Part shown: piece by piece, positions 37,101 through 46,550 of the stretch | Position numbering within the stretch: position 1 is the stretch's first letter | How the letters are laid out: every line of letters starts with the position of its first letter | From: an uncultured Gemmatimonadales bacterium | GTDB taxonomy: Bacteria > Gemmatimonadota > Gemmatimonadetes > Longimicrobiales > RSA9 | NCBI GenBank assembly: GCA_963741945.1 | Contig: CAVUKA010000004.1 | Location: 128,001-192,000, forward strand | Reading direction: 5' to 3' | Length of the DNA stretch: 64,000 nt | The notes under the pieces: model-generated | What the model was told of the DNA's origin: nothing | The model's input: the letters and a program-made list of their open reading frames with translations, nothing else | The model's database searches: none | Translations under genes and position numbers: made by a program

Positions 37101-37288
37101 ACCGCGATCGAGCGCCCGCCCCGCGCCGGGCCCAGGTTCCGCCAGCGGAACGGCTGGAGCAGCTCCTCCGCGTAGACGGGCCTTGGCGCCTCCGGTCCCT
37201 GCGCGGACGTCGCGGCCGGGGCACAGCCGGCGGTGGCGAGCGCGAGGAGTCCGGCGGCTCGCAGTCGGATACGGCGGCTTCGGCGCAT
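34115..37288 (-). CDS. VPS10/sortilin-like BNR-repeat beta-propeller lipoprotein (putative glycosyl hydrolase)
   Basis: Lipobox TAGC; WRNLGPARGGRS; multiple S/T-xDxGxTW Asp boxes; HGDNHDLW, ATHGRGFW. Confidence 0.88.
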   Translation of the reverse strand: MRRSRRIRLRAAGLLALATAGCAPAATSAQGPEAPRPVYAEELLQPFRWRNLGPARGGRSIAVAGSDARPNEYYFGATGGGLWKTTDGGTTWRPVTDGQIGSSSVGAVDVCAADPDVVYIGMGESDLRGNVMPGDGVYRSADAGESWQHIGLEAARNIAKVRSNPKDCDDVWVAALGHYGDANPERGVYRSRDGGKTWQQLLSVNDTTGAVELSLDPRDPNTVYAAMWQVWRKPWGMSSGGAGSGLYRTTDGGETWDLLSDNPGMPAGPLGKIGVSVSPVDPQRVYAIVEAAEGGVFRSDDGGATWTKTNEERKLRQRAFYYTRIYADPQEKDVVYVLNTAFYKSTDGGETFPTRFRVPHGDNHDLWVAPGNDRRMVNGNDGGGNVSVNGGETWTDQDFSTAQIYHVTTTSDIPYHVCGAQQDNSTLCMPSDGGPASFYRVAGGESGYIAVDPEDPDVTYGGSYGGYLERYDRDTGISTMVNPWPDNPMGYSAEDIAERFQWTFPIVFSPQNPNVLFATSQHVWKTSTEGRSWEKISPDLTLADTATLGPSGGPITKDQTGVETFATVFTLAPSLQDSLTLWAGSDDGLVHITRDGGAHWTDITPPQLPRLSRISLIDASPHDACRAYVAANRYLLGDQKPYAFRTSDCGKTWTDISAGMPEGAFTRAVREDPVRPGLLYAGTETGVYVSWDDGARWQSLSRNLPVTQVADLVVQGNDLVIATHGRGFWIMDDISPLRQLTPRVAAEDVHLFQPDDAVLGVSGPLRIAYHLAAPAKSLELAILGPDGTVIQSWQGEPPADSTKKEAAAGEEEDEGPRRPAGPSSPPMTEGMNTFTWPLRYPGPTTFPGIILWAGSVRYGPTAPPGEYSVRLTSGGKTQTRTFRILADPRLPNVTGEDLTEQFRLGMQIRDRVSAANDAVRLIRGIREQVESRLEAKPDDAELKAAGNGLLASMADVEGELYQVRNRSGQDPLNFPIKLNNKLAALMGVVEGAEGRPTRQSYDVYEQLSGELGRQLDRLDAILAQDLVAFNQQLEARDMKPVDRTMIPETAAEEEAEG

Positions 37289-37529
37289 CCTTCTCTTCCT
37301 TTCGGTCGGGGTGTTTTCGGGTGGGGCGAGGTGGGTAGAGTGGCCGGCGGGTCACGACGGTGTCAAGCGGACCCCCGTCGCTCCCACGCGGAGCGGCTCC
37401 GGCGCCCGCGGTGCACGCGCACCTTGCCCTCCGACGTCTCAGCCGGCATTTCACCATCCCCGCCCGAACCCCGGCCACGTACCGGTGTACACGAGCGGGT
37501 CGGAAACACCGAGCAATGGGGAAGACGAG

Positions 37530-38105
37530 ATGTTGGAGTTTACCGATAAGGCGCGCGAGATGGTCCTCCATTACGCAGACGCCATGGAGAAGCCCGCGCT
37601 GAGGATCTCGGTCCACGGCAGCCCTTTCGCCCCGCAGTACGAGTTCGCTCTCGTCGAGGACGGCGCTCGTTCTGCCGATGAAGTGATCCAGCTCGAGGGC
37701 TTTCGCGTCCTCCTGGATCCGGAAAGCCTGGAGCGGATCAGGGGCTCCGTCGTGGAGTGGGTGGAAGAGGAGCACCGCACCGGCTTCGAGATCCGGAACC
37801 CGAACGTGCGCAACCTGGGAGAGGTCGCACCGCAAGGCGAGATGGCGGAGCGGGTGCGCCACGTGCTCGAGACGCAGGTGAACCCCGGCGTCGCATCCCA
37901 TGGCGGCCGCATCGAGCTGGTCGACGTCGACGGCAACGACGTCTACCTCGAGCTCGGCGGCGGGTGCCAGGGGTGCGGCATGGCCCGTGTCACGCTGAAG
38001 CAGGGCGTGGAGCGGATGCTCCGGGAGGCCATCCCCGACCTCGGACAGGTGATCGACGCAACCGATCACGCGGCCGGCTCGAACCCGTATTACGCCCGCA
38101 CCTGA
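37530..38105 (+). CDS. nfuA: NfuA-like Fe-S biogenesis protein (degenerate A-type domain plus NifU-C domain)
   Basis: MLEFTDKA...GFEIRNPN; VNPGVASHGG, LGGGCQGCGMA..TLKQGVE, DATDH..G.NPYY. Confidence 0.9.
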   Translation: MLEFTDKAREMVLHYADAMEKPALRISVHGSPFAPQYEFALVEDGARSADEVIQLEGFRVLLDPESLERIRGSVVEWVEEEHRTGFEIRNPNVRNLGEVAPQGEMAERVRHVLETQVNPGVASHGGRIELVDVDGNDVYLELGGGCQGCGMARVTLKQGVERMLREAIPDLGQVIDATDHAAGSNPYYART

Positions 38106-38219
38106 GCTCTGGCCCGACCGCGCCCCTGATCCGCGCCCCCGCCGCGCGGGCCGGGGCCGGCCGGGCGAGCTCGACCGCGCCCCCGAGATCATGGACATCC
38201 GCTGCCAGAGTGCCCGCCA

Positions 38220-39794
38220 GTGACGCTTCGCGGCGGCTCTCTCGTCCAGTGGTTCCGTGAGCAGGAGCTGCTCCGGGGGCCATTCCTTTTCGTCGACTAC
38301 TGGGCCAACGTCCTCAGCCTCGACGGCGTGATCCCGGACGAGCACACCGAGCGCCGGTTCATCGATCTCCCGCTCTTCAGGCTCGGGATCGACCGGCCGG
38401 ACCTCGAAACGCCCCGGCTCTGGTCATACTTCCTCCTGTTCCTGCTCGGGCCGTTCCTCTTCGCGTTCCGGTCGTTCCGCCGACTGGGACGCTACCGCCT
38501 GCGCTTCGCCAACCGGCACGCCACAGAGGTCCAGGAGGCCCTCGGCGCCTACCGGCTCCGACTGGATCCCGCCGGCCACCCGCCGGATCCGGAGGGCGAC
38601 CCCGGCCTCGGACCACGCTGCGACGTCTTCATCGGTGACACCCTGCTCGCCCGCGACCTCCTCGATCCCTACCGCGTCGCGGGGTTCAGCTCCCTGTTCT
38701 GGGCCACCAACAAGCTTCCGGTGGCCTCGTTCGCGGGTCTCCTGGTGGTGGGCGTGTCTGCGCCACTGCTCGCGGCCACGCACCTCCTGGGCATCACGGC
38801 CCATTACTGGATCCCGGTGGGATTCCCGCTCCTGGTCCTGGTGCTACACGCCGTGTTTCGCGAGTGGGCCACCGCTATCCTCGGAGGCCTGCCCATCCTC
38901 CTCGGCACGTTGCTCGTGGGCGTGTTGAACCCGTCCACGCCCGTGGACTGGTCCGTGTTCTTCACCGTTCTGGTCGGCATTTACGTCCTGTACCTCCTGG
39001 CGGACGCGTTCTTTCTCCCCCGGCCCGTGCCGCCCGTCCTGCTCCTCTACACCCGCAGCGGACCCGGCCGCCCATACGCCAGGGACCAGGACGAGCCATG
39101 GTGGCTGGAGGGGGAGGCCTACTGGGTCTGGCGCTACCTCCTCCTTTCGCCCGCCGAAGTCAACAAGTTCTGGGAGCGGGACTGGGAGCGCGTCGACCTC
39201 TGGATCCGGGCCGACGGCCCCGACGCCGGGCGGCTCGAATGGGTGGTCACGGACCTGCACTATCGCGAGCTCTGGGTGCCGTACCACCGGCTCGGCGACC
39301 CGGCCACGCTCGAGCGCCAGCGCGAAAAGGCGGCCGCCGCTGCTGCCGGAGACGGGGCGGGAATCTGGCTGGTCGAGGTGGATGCCGACCTGATCTTCCA
39401 CTCACCGGTCTTCCGTGCCGTTTCCTTCCTGACGGACCGCGGCGGCGTTCCCGTGCGCGGGTTCATCCACGTCCTGCGCTCGCTCTGGAAACGGGTGCGC
39501 GATGACGACGTCGCCGCCCCGATGCGCGCCCTGCAGCGGATCCGAATGGAGGAGGGCGTGGACGTGCTCGGGGACATTCCCGAGATCATCAGCCAGCGAG
39601 CGGAGGAGCGCATCCTGGCGGAGCCATGGATATACTGGCGGTATCCGCTCGGTGCCGCACGCCTGCGCACCCCGCGGCTCTACGAGCCGCTCCGCCCCCT
39701 GACAGCGCCCGCCGCCGCCGATCCCGGGCTTCAGGTCAAGGCGCCCGCGGCGCGGGACGCGCCCCCGATGCGGAAGCCTCCCCCGCAGGCGTAG
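38220..39794 (+). CDS. Hypothetical membrane protein
   Basis: 524 aa, about 5 TM helices, Trp-rich soluble C-terminal domain, strong coding bias. Confidence 0.75.
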   Translation: MTLRGGSLVQWFREQELLRGPFLFVDYWANVLSLDGVIPDEHTERRFIDLPLFRLGIDRPDLETPRLWSYFLLFLLGPFLFAFRSFRRLGRYRLRFANRHATEVQEALGAYRLRLDPAGHPPDPEGDPGLGPRCDVFIGDTLLARDLLDPYRVAGFSSLFWATNKLPVASFAGLLVVGVSAPLLAATHLLGITAHYWIPVGFPLLVLVLHAVFREWATAILGGLPILLGTLLVGVLNPSTPVDWSVFFTVLVGIYVLYLLADAFFLPRPVPPVLLLYTRSGPGRPYARDQDEPWWLEGEAYWVWRYLLLSPAEVNKFWERDWERVDLWIRADGPDAGRLEWVVTDLHYRELWVPYHRLGDPATLERQREKAAAAAAGDGAGIWLVEVDADLIFHSPVFRAVSFLTDRGGVPVRGFIHVLRSLWKRVRDDDVAAPMRALQRIRMEEGVDVLGDIPEIISQRAEERILAEPWIYWRYPLGAARLRTPRLYEPLRPLTAPAAADPGLQVKAPAARDAPPMRKPPPQA

Positions 39795-39961
39795 GCGCCA
39801 CCGCGCCACTGTCCGGTGCGGCCGTTTCGGTGGGGATCGGTGCATGGCTTCGAGCGGCCCCGGCGACGAGTGCCACCACCACGAGTACTGGCACGGCCAG
39901 CAGCGGCGCGAGCGCCGGCCAACCCGCGCGCCTCACCCCGCACCCCGTTCCGCACCGGCCA

Positions 39962-40723
39962 TCAGCGTGCGGCAGGGGACGCCTCCCTGTCGCGCCGGTC
40001 CGGCGCAGCGACTTCCTCGATGTGGAGCTTGAGCCCCTCGGCCTGGAGTACCTGCATGGCCACGTTGTACACCGGGATCCCCGAAGGGGTCTGGCCCCGA
40101 TAGCGCCCGTGGTGCGCGTGCCCGTGCAGGACCACGTCGGCACCCATCGTCTCGATCGGGTCCAGCAGCCTGGACGAGCCGAGATAGGGAAAGATCTGCT
40201 CTGGCTCTCCCCGCAGCGTCTCGGAGATCGGAGCATAGTGGACCAGCACCACCCGGTGCTGCGACCGCAGCTCCCGCAGCCCCCGCTCCAGCTTCAGCGC
40301 TTCGTCCACCGCCGCCTGGACGAAGTCCTTGATGAGCCGCTCCCCGAAAGGACCGAGCGCGGAGCGGCCGAAGCCGCCCGCGAACCCTTTCACGCCCGTG
40401 AACCCGATCCCCTCGATCTCGACCGCGTTCCCATCGAGAACCACCACGCCGGCGTCGCTCAGCATGCCGCAGATCGCATCCTGGGCGTCCGATTCGAATT
40501 CGTGGTTCCCGAGCACCGCCACAATGGGCATGTCGAGCCCCCGCATCTCCTCGAGCAGCGCCTCCATCTGCTCTGGGCGCCCGTGCGTGGTCAGGTCGCC
40601 CAGCAGCGCCAGAATGTCCGCTTCGCGACGCGCCTCCTCGAAATGCTCCGTCAGTGATCCCCGGGCACGCTCGTCGAAATGGACGTCCCCCACTGCCGCG
40701 ATCCGCACGGTCCGCTCACCCAT
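39962..40723 (-). CDS. Calcineurin-like metallophosphoesterase
   Basis: GDVH, LGDLT, LGNHE, VHYAP, LHGHAH motifs. Confidence 0.9.
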   Translation of the reverse strand: MGERTVRIAAVGDVHFDERARGSLTEHFEEARREADILALLGDLTTHGRPEQMEALLEEMRGLDMPIVAVLGNHEFESDAQDAICGMLSDAGVVVLDGNAVEIEGIGFTGVKGFAGGFGRSALGPFGERLIKDFVQAAVDEALKLERGLRELRSQHRVVLVHYAPISETLRGEPEQIFPYLGSSRLLDPIETMGADVVLHGHAHHGRYRGQTPSGIPVYNVAMQVLQAEGLKLHIEEVAAPDRRDREASPAAR

Positions 40724-41624
40724 CCCACACCCCCGCGCTGCGGATCTCCTCCACCACGGGCGATGCCTGTCTGGCCGCGACATGGCGCAGACGCTCGTCC
40801 GCGAAGCCCCACTCGTTCACGTCGATGGCGAAGGAGAAGAGGGAGAGCATGGTTCCCCGGCAGACGGGGCGCTCTTCACTTCCGCGATCGCCGGCGGGCG
40901 CGCCACCACCCCCGCTGTCGCCGAAGGCTTCTTCCTCCATCCGACGCAATCGCTGCCGCACCCTGGCCGGAATCGCCGCGCCATGGCCCGGATACACGTA
41001 GTCGAAGAAGTGCAGCTGCAAGGCAAGAAGTCGCCAGTGCCGCCCCGCCCGCTCGAGCAGCCGGTCCCAGTCCAGCTCGCTCCCGCGGTGCAGGATGAGA
41101 TGCACCACGTCCGCCATGTCGAACCGGTGACGCTCGCCGATGAAGAGCCGGTGCCAGATCAGCTCTTCAGGAGGGGCCACACGAACCGGCGTCCCGGCCA
41201 GGATCGCCGGACGGGAGTTGTCGTACCACGCCCGATCGATGAACCCCACGCCGTTCGCCATCCCGAAGATCAGGTCGACCTGCGCCCCTTTCAGCGCTTT
41301 CGCCAGCCAGTGGAGCTCCTCCAGCCGCGTCCGGAAGCCGGCCGCGCTCAGCGCCTCTGCGGCAGCCACCACCTGCTCCGGCTCCAGCAGCAGGTCCAGG
41401 TCCTTGGTCTCCCGATAGATGCCCGTGTAGGAATGGATCGCGTAAAGGCCGCTGACCACGTACGGCACCCCGGCACGGTTCAGCGTCTCCAGCGCCTCGC
41501 GGTATACCTCGCGCTCCGCTTCCGGAATCCAGAACTCCCCGTGCGTGAGCGACTTGCGCTCATTCACGCTGAGGCGCCGCGTTCCCCGCGGGATTGCTCC
41601 CGCTCCATTCGCTTCATGGGTCAT
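40716..41624 (-). CDS. Pol-beta-superfamily nucleotidyltransferase (uncharacterised)
   Basis: VVSGLYAI...RETKDLDLL (G..DxD), VDLIF third Asp; 8-bp overlap with phosphoesterase. Confidence 0.82.
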   Translation of the reverse strand: MTHEANGAGAIPRGTRRLSVNERKSLTHGEFWIPEAEREVYREALETLNRAGVPYVVSGLYAIHSYTGIYRETKDLDLLLEPEQVVAAAEALSAAGFRTRLEELHWLAKALKGAQVDLIFGMANGVGFIDRAWYDNSRPAILAGTPVRVAPPEELIWHRLFIGERHRFDMADVVHLILHRGSELDWDRLLERAGRHWRLLALQLHFFDYVYPGHGAAIPARVRQRLRRMEEEAFGDSGGGGAPAGDRGSEERPVCRGTMLSLFSFAIDVNEWGFADERLRHVAARQASPVVEEIRSAGVWDG

Positions 41625-41674
41625 TGGCTCCCCACCGTGCAAGCGGCGTTCCCCGTTTCTGCTATATTTCCCTC

Positions 41675-42076
41675 ATGCTTGCCAGGTTGATCGCGATCTT
41701 CGTGCTCCTCCCCATCGTGGAGTTGGCCCTCCTCATCCAGATCGGTGACTGGATGGGACTCGGCCCCACTCTCCTCCTCGTCGTTGCCACGGGCGTCCTC
41801 GGCGGCCTGCTGGCCAGACGACAGGGCCTCCGCGCCTGGCTCGCCATCCAGCACGAGCTCCGCGATGGACGCGTCCCGGGCACCGCCCTCGTCGATGGGC
41901 TGCTCATCCTGATCGGTGGGATCCTCCTGCTGACGCCCGGCGTGCTCACCGACCTCTTCGGCCTCTCGCTCCTCGTTCCGCTCTCACGAACGGCCATCAA
42001 GCGCTCGCTCCGACGACGCTTCGAGCGCGCCGTGCAGCGAGGCGATTCCGGCGTTACGGTCTTCTTCCTCCGCTGA
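41675..42076 (+). CDS. fxsA: FxsA family membrane protein
   Basis: LPIVELALLIQIG...ARRQG...GGILLLTPGVLTDLFGL. Confidence 0.9.
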   Translation: MLARLIAIFVLLPIVELALLIQIGDWMGLGPTLLLVVATGVLGGLLARRQGLRAWLAIQHELRDGRVPGTALVDGLLILIGGILLLTPGVLTDLFGLSLLVPLSRTAIKRSLRRRFERAVQRGDSGVTVFFLR

Positions 42077-42089
42077 CTCCACGGGCGCC

Positions 42090-43064
42090 CTACTCCAGCG
42101 AGGACACCGCAACCGTCTCTCGCACCCTTGCCGCGTCGGCCGCAGTCACCAGATCGACGCCGCGCCCGAGCAGCGCCGCCGTGCCCGCGGCTACGGCATT
42201 CGCCAGCGCCTTCGCCATGTCGGCACCTGCGCCCGCCGACAGGAGGAACGCCGCGAGGAACGCGTCGCCGGCCCCGACGGCGCTTCCCGCTGCGATCTCG
42301 CTCGCGAGCGCGTCATCCGGTCGCGCGACCGCCCAGACCGCGCCGGCCCCATCCGCCGCCACGGCGCCGTCGGCCCCGAGCGTCACGACCACCTGGTCGG
42401 TGCCGCGGGCCACGAGCGCGCGAGCCGCCGCGGCCGCTTCCCGGGGGGTTCGGATCGATCGGTTGAGCAGCCGCTCCGCCTCGTGGGCGTTGGGGACCAG
42501 GATGTCGCACCCGGCCGATTCGGCCACGCGGAGCGCTTCGCCATCGCAGTCCGGGACGAAGCGATGCCCGCGCCCGCGAGCCATGCGACCCAGCGCGGCG
42601 TACAGGCCGGACGGAAGCCCCGGGGGCAGGCTGCCACAGCACGCCAGCCAGGCCCGATCGCCCGCGGCCTCGGCGTCGCCCAGCGCCGCGTCCACCGCCG
42701 CCAGCACGGCCCGCTCCTCGGCCGCACCCACGGCCGCCCCCCGCGGGTTGAGCAGCAGGGACCGGCCATCCGCCTGGCGCGCACCGACGAACACCCGCGT
42801 CTCCCCCGCCGATGGGATCGCCGTGAGCGGCGTCCCCTCGGCCTCCAGCATCTCCTCCAGCTCGCGCCCCACCGCTCCTCCCAGCAGGGCCAGCGCCCGC
42901 GCCGACGCGGTCGGGTCCAGCGCCCGCGCCGCCCGCACCACGTTCACCCCCTGGCCGCCCGCGCGACGGCGGGGCGGCGGGACGCGGTTGGCATCATCCC
43001 ACACCAGCCGATCGGCAGTGAAGAGCAGGTCGAGCGATGGGTTGGGCGTGAGCGTGATCAGCAC
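42090..43064 (-). CDS. PfkB family hexose kinase (1-phosphofructokinase-like)
   Basis: ITLTPNPSLD, AGGQGVNV, GSLPPG, PNAHEA, TLGADGA, VGAGDAFLA. Confidence 0.9.
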   Translation of the reverse strand: MLITLTPNPSLDLLFTADRLVWDDANRVPPPRRRAGGQGVNVVRAARALDPTASARALALLGGAVGRELEEMLEAEGTPLTAIPSAGETRVFVGARQADGRSLLLNPRGAAVGAAEERAVLAAVDAALGDAEAAGDRAWLACCGSLPPGLPSGLYAALGRMARGRGHRFVPDCDGEALRVAESAGCDILVPNAHEAERLLNRSIRTPREAAAAARALVARGTDQVVVTLGADGAVAADGAGAVWAVARPDDALASEIAAGSAVGAGDAFLAAFLLSAGAGADMAKALANAVAAGTAALLGRGVDLVTAADAARVRETVAVSSLE

Positions 43065-43101
43065 GGGGATTCCGCTACGCCCGCCGAGCGCCCGGTCTCG
43101 C

Positions 43102-44142
43102 TCACGCGTCCAGCTGTTTCCGCAGCCGGTCCGCGAACGCCCGGCTGGGCCCATCGGCAGCCACGATCTCGATTCCCTCGGGGCCGCGCACACCAACGCC
43201 CAGCTCCACCGCCCGCGCCACCTGCTCCTGCTCGAAGATGCCCCGGCCCATGATGGCCTCGTTCGCGCCCAGCTCCTTCAGCACGGCCAGCCCCACTGCG
43301 TCGATGGCCACCCGGTCGCTCCCGGCCAGGACCACGTTCCCCTGCTTCAGCTCGCCCTGGGATGGACCGCCGTCGGTGAACGCGTCCACGCCGTCCAGCA
43401 CGATCAGCTGCGGCCGGTACCCGGTGTTCAGCTCGGCGATCATGCGCCGCATGTCCGGCGAGCGGTGCATCTCCCGCCGGATCCGCTTCGGCGTCAGGCC
43501 CACCGACAGCTTCAGCGACATGGTGAACACGCCGCCGTACGCATGGGTCTTCAGACACGCGGTCGAAACGTTGTAATCCGCATCCACCACGTGGCGCGGG
43601 AGCCAGAAGCCCGCCGGCCAGTGCGTGCCCGATGGGCCGAACTGGACCCAGTCGGCGTCGGCGATCTCCTCATAGTTCACCACGTCGAAGCGAAGGTCCC
43701 GGGCCATGTCGAACACGCCCTTCTGCTCCATCACGCGGCGCGTGTCCGGCGGCCCGCTCGACTCGCCCAGCGTCACCGAGCGCGCCCCTCGCTCGTGCAG
43801 CTCCTGCACCAGCTGTGACAGCGTGTCCGGGTGCGTCGACCCGGGAGACGGGTCCGCCGTGTTGAAGTTCGGCTTCACCACGACACGCCGACCGCTGACG
43901 CCGCCCAGGTCCAGCAGCTTCAACGCCCGTGTCACCCCGTCCTTCCGGTCCGACGTCCGGACCAGCGCCACCCGCGCCTGCGCCGGGGGCCGCAGCGCCC
44001 CATCGGCAGTCCCCGTCCATGGCCGTGCGGAGGCGCCCGCAATCGGGAAAGCGCCCGCCCCAAGGGCGGGGAGGGTGGGAAGGGCGGCCAGCCCCAGCCC
44101 CGCGGTGCGCAGAAATCTGCGGCGGTCGATCCGGTCCGGCAT
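43102..44142 (-). CDS. DUF362 domain protein with Tat signal
   Basis: DRRRFLR Tat motif; VVVKPN, STHPD, CLKTH, TMSLKL.VG, DRVAIDA. Confidence 0.85.
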   Translation of the reverse strand: MPDRIDRRRFLRTAGLGLAALPTLPALGAGAFPIAGASARPWTGTADGALRPPAQARVALVRTSDRKDGVTRALKLLDLGGVSGRRVVVKPNFNTADPSPGSTHPDTLSQLVQELHERGARSVTLGESSGPPDTRRVMEQKGVFDMARDLRFDVVNYEEIADADWVQFGPSGTHWPAGFWLPRHVVDADYNVSTACLKTHAYGGVFTMSLKLSVGLTPKRIRREMHRSPDMRRMIAELNTGYRPQLIVLDGVDAFTDGGPSQGELKQGNVVLAGSDRVAIDAVGLAVLKELGANEAIMGRGIFEQEQVARAVELGVGVRGPEGIEIVAADGPSRAFADRLRKQLDA

Positions 44143-44355
44143 GATGGGCCTCCACGACATGGGTCGTGCGGGCCGGGGCTCCCTGCATGATGCCAGCGCC
44201 CGCGCAGGCCGGCAACAGCGACGCGCGCTCGCGGTGAAATCGTCGCCCGCCGCGGCATGGACCACCGGGGGTCGGTTGCGCCCCCCGCGCCCATCGGCAC
44301 ACATTGCTCACCTTTCGGTATCAAATGCAGGACGCCCTTCCGCGAGGACACCGCA

Positions 44356-46417
44356 ATGGACTCAGACATCCGCAGCATCCGGGTCGAAAAGAGACCCGAC
44401 ACCCTCCGCTTCGACGGGCGGGTGCTCTTCCTCGTGGACGATGCCGACCTGATCCGACGGCAGCTGAACGGCGAGGACCTGGAGCTCACGCCGCAGCTGC
44501 GCGAGATGCTCCGGGATCAGATCTCCACGGACGAGATCACGCCCGCCTACATCTGCTACTACTTCGACGAGACGCTGGGTGAGTTCCCGTACCTGGGGCT
44601 GCGCGCGGGTGGGGAAGCGCCGGTCACGCGCGGCAGCGTCAGGAAGGGCGGGTTCGTCTGCTCGGTCGCCGGGAAGCGACGCGGCAAGGGAAGCTCCCGG
44701 GAGCAGTCGCCCTACGCGGAGATGATGGCGGGGATCCGCGTCGTCATCGCGGAGAACATCGAGCGGATCTACAACGAGAACTGTCAGAACCTGGGCATCC
44801 TGACCTCGACGGACTTCTCGCTCATTGACCGGATCCGCGGCGGCGAGGAGATCGCTCTGCGCGAGTTCACGGACGGCAAGGACGCGATCACGCGTCAGAT
44901 CATCGAGTACGGCGGCCTGTTCGAGTTCAATGTGGCGCGCCTCCAGGGGAAGGTGGAGATCCCGGAGCTAGAGTCGCAGCAGCCGAACGCGCCTGCCCGG
45001 CCCATGACCGTGGCCGAGAAGATCTTCGCCCGCAACTGGGTGGTGGACGCGGCGGCCGGCGACTACGGCGTCCCCTGGGTCCGGCCGGGCGACAGCGGGT
45101 TCGTCCGCACCGATTACCGCTTCAGCCACGAGTACGTCACCCCCATGGCGGCTATCTTCTTCGAGGAGAAGCTCGGCCCCGACGCGAAGGTCACGGACCC
45201 ATCCAGCATCATCATGTTCCGCGACCACCTGACCTACCTCCACGAGGTCATGCCGCAGGAGCGCGTCCAGCTCGGGCTCCTCGATGTCGCGCGTCAGCTG
45301 AAGGACAAGCAGCAGCAGTTCTCGGAGAAACAGGGCATCAGGCTGTACGGTGAGCGCATCGGCGCTCGACTGGGCTCGGAGGCGATCTGCCATTCCAAGA
45401 TGCTGGAGGAGTACGCGGAGCCAGGTCAGCTCATCGTCGGAACCGATTCCCATACCCCCCATTCCGGCGCCATCGGGGCGATCGCGTTCGGCGTCGGCAC
45501 CACCGCCATCTTCAACTCCTGGATCACGAAAGACGTGCGCGTCAGCGTGCCGCCGTCGTTCAAGGTGGTGATCAACGGCAGGAAGCCGGACAACGTCACG
45601 GCCAAGGATTTCATGCTGGAGATCCTGCGCCACCCGTATATCCGGGACGGCCACGCCATCGGCCAGATCGTCGAGTACGCGGGAGAGGCCGTGGAAGCGC
45701 TCAGCATCGACGAGCGGGCCACCATGACGAACATGGCCGCGGAAGTGGGCGCATTCACCGGGATCGTCGCCCCGGACGGGAAGGCGGCTCAATACCTCGT
45801 CGCCGAACGGGGTATGGACCCGACCCGCGCGGAGCAGCTCGTTGACGGCCTGCGCTCGGACGCGGAAGCCGAGTACGTGAAGGTGATCGAGCTGGACGCG
45901 TCGGAGATCCGCCCCATGGTGGCGCTCCCGGGCGACCCGGGGAACGGCCTCCACATGGACGAGCTCGCCGATGAGCCCATCCGCATCGACGCCGCGTACG
46001 CCGGCTCCTGCACCGCGGGCAAGAAGGAGGACATGGACATGTACGCCCGCGTCCTCCGCGAAGCCCGGGACCAGGGCCTGAAAGTCGCCCCCGGTGTGCG
46101 CATGTACATCCAGTGCGGTTCGCAGGAAGTGAAGGAGTACTGCCGACAGCAGGGGTATCTCGAGCTCTTCGACGAGATCGGCGCCAGCTTCATCGAGCCA
46201 GGCTGCGGCGCGTGCATCGCCGCTGGCCCGGGCACCAGCGCGTCTCCGGACGAGGTCACGATCTCCAGCCAGAACCGGAATTTCCCCGGCCGGTCTGGTC
46301 CAGGGCAGCTCTACCTCGCTTCGCCCTATCGCCGTGGCCGCGTCCGCGATCGCGGGCTGCGTGACTGCGTGGGAGCCCGGGATGCCGATCCGGCAGCTGG
46401 AGCCCGTCCGCGGCTGA
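44356..46417 (+). CDS. Aconitase-family [4Fe-4S] hydro-lyase, LeuD-like swivel domain fused N-terminal to LeuC-like domain; +1 frameshift near 46330
   Basis: DQISTDEITP, GKGSSREQ, ERIYNEN; FRDH, GTDSHT, TNMAAEVGA, GSCT, PGCGAC, NRNFPGRSG, YLASP. Expected AVAASAIAG continues in the +1 frame to TGA 46417; as sequenced the ORF runs to 46599. Confidence 0.85.
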
Positions 46418-46550
46418 GCGCGGCAGCCGCATGCGCGGCGGCGAGCGGAACCCGGGCGCGAGCAGCGCTCGTGTTGGCGAGCCGCTCCTGCCACGCTACC
46501 ATCCGGGAGGGGCGAGGCCTTCATGAGCGCCCACTCACCCGGAGATCACC

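Noticed and set aside
34010-37549. 1179-aa plus-strand ORF and similar long antisense ORFs (1872-4742, 8138-9808, 18701-20530, 29451-31367)
   Set aside because: Shadow ORFs opposite well-supported genes, expected at high GC; Arg/His-rich with no motifs
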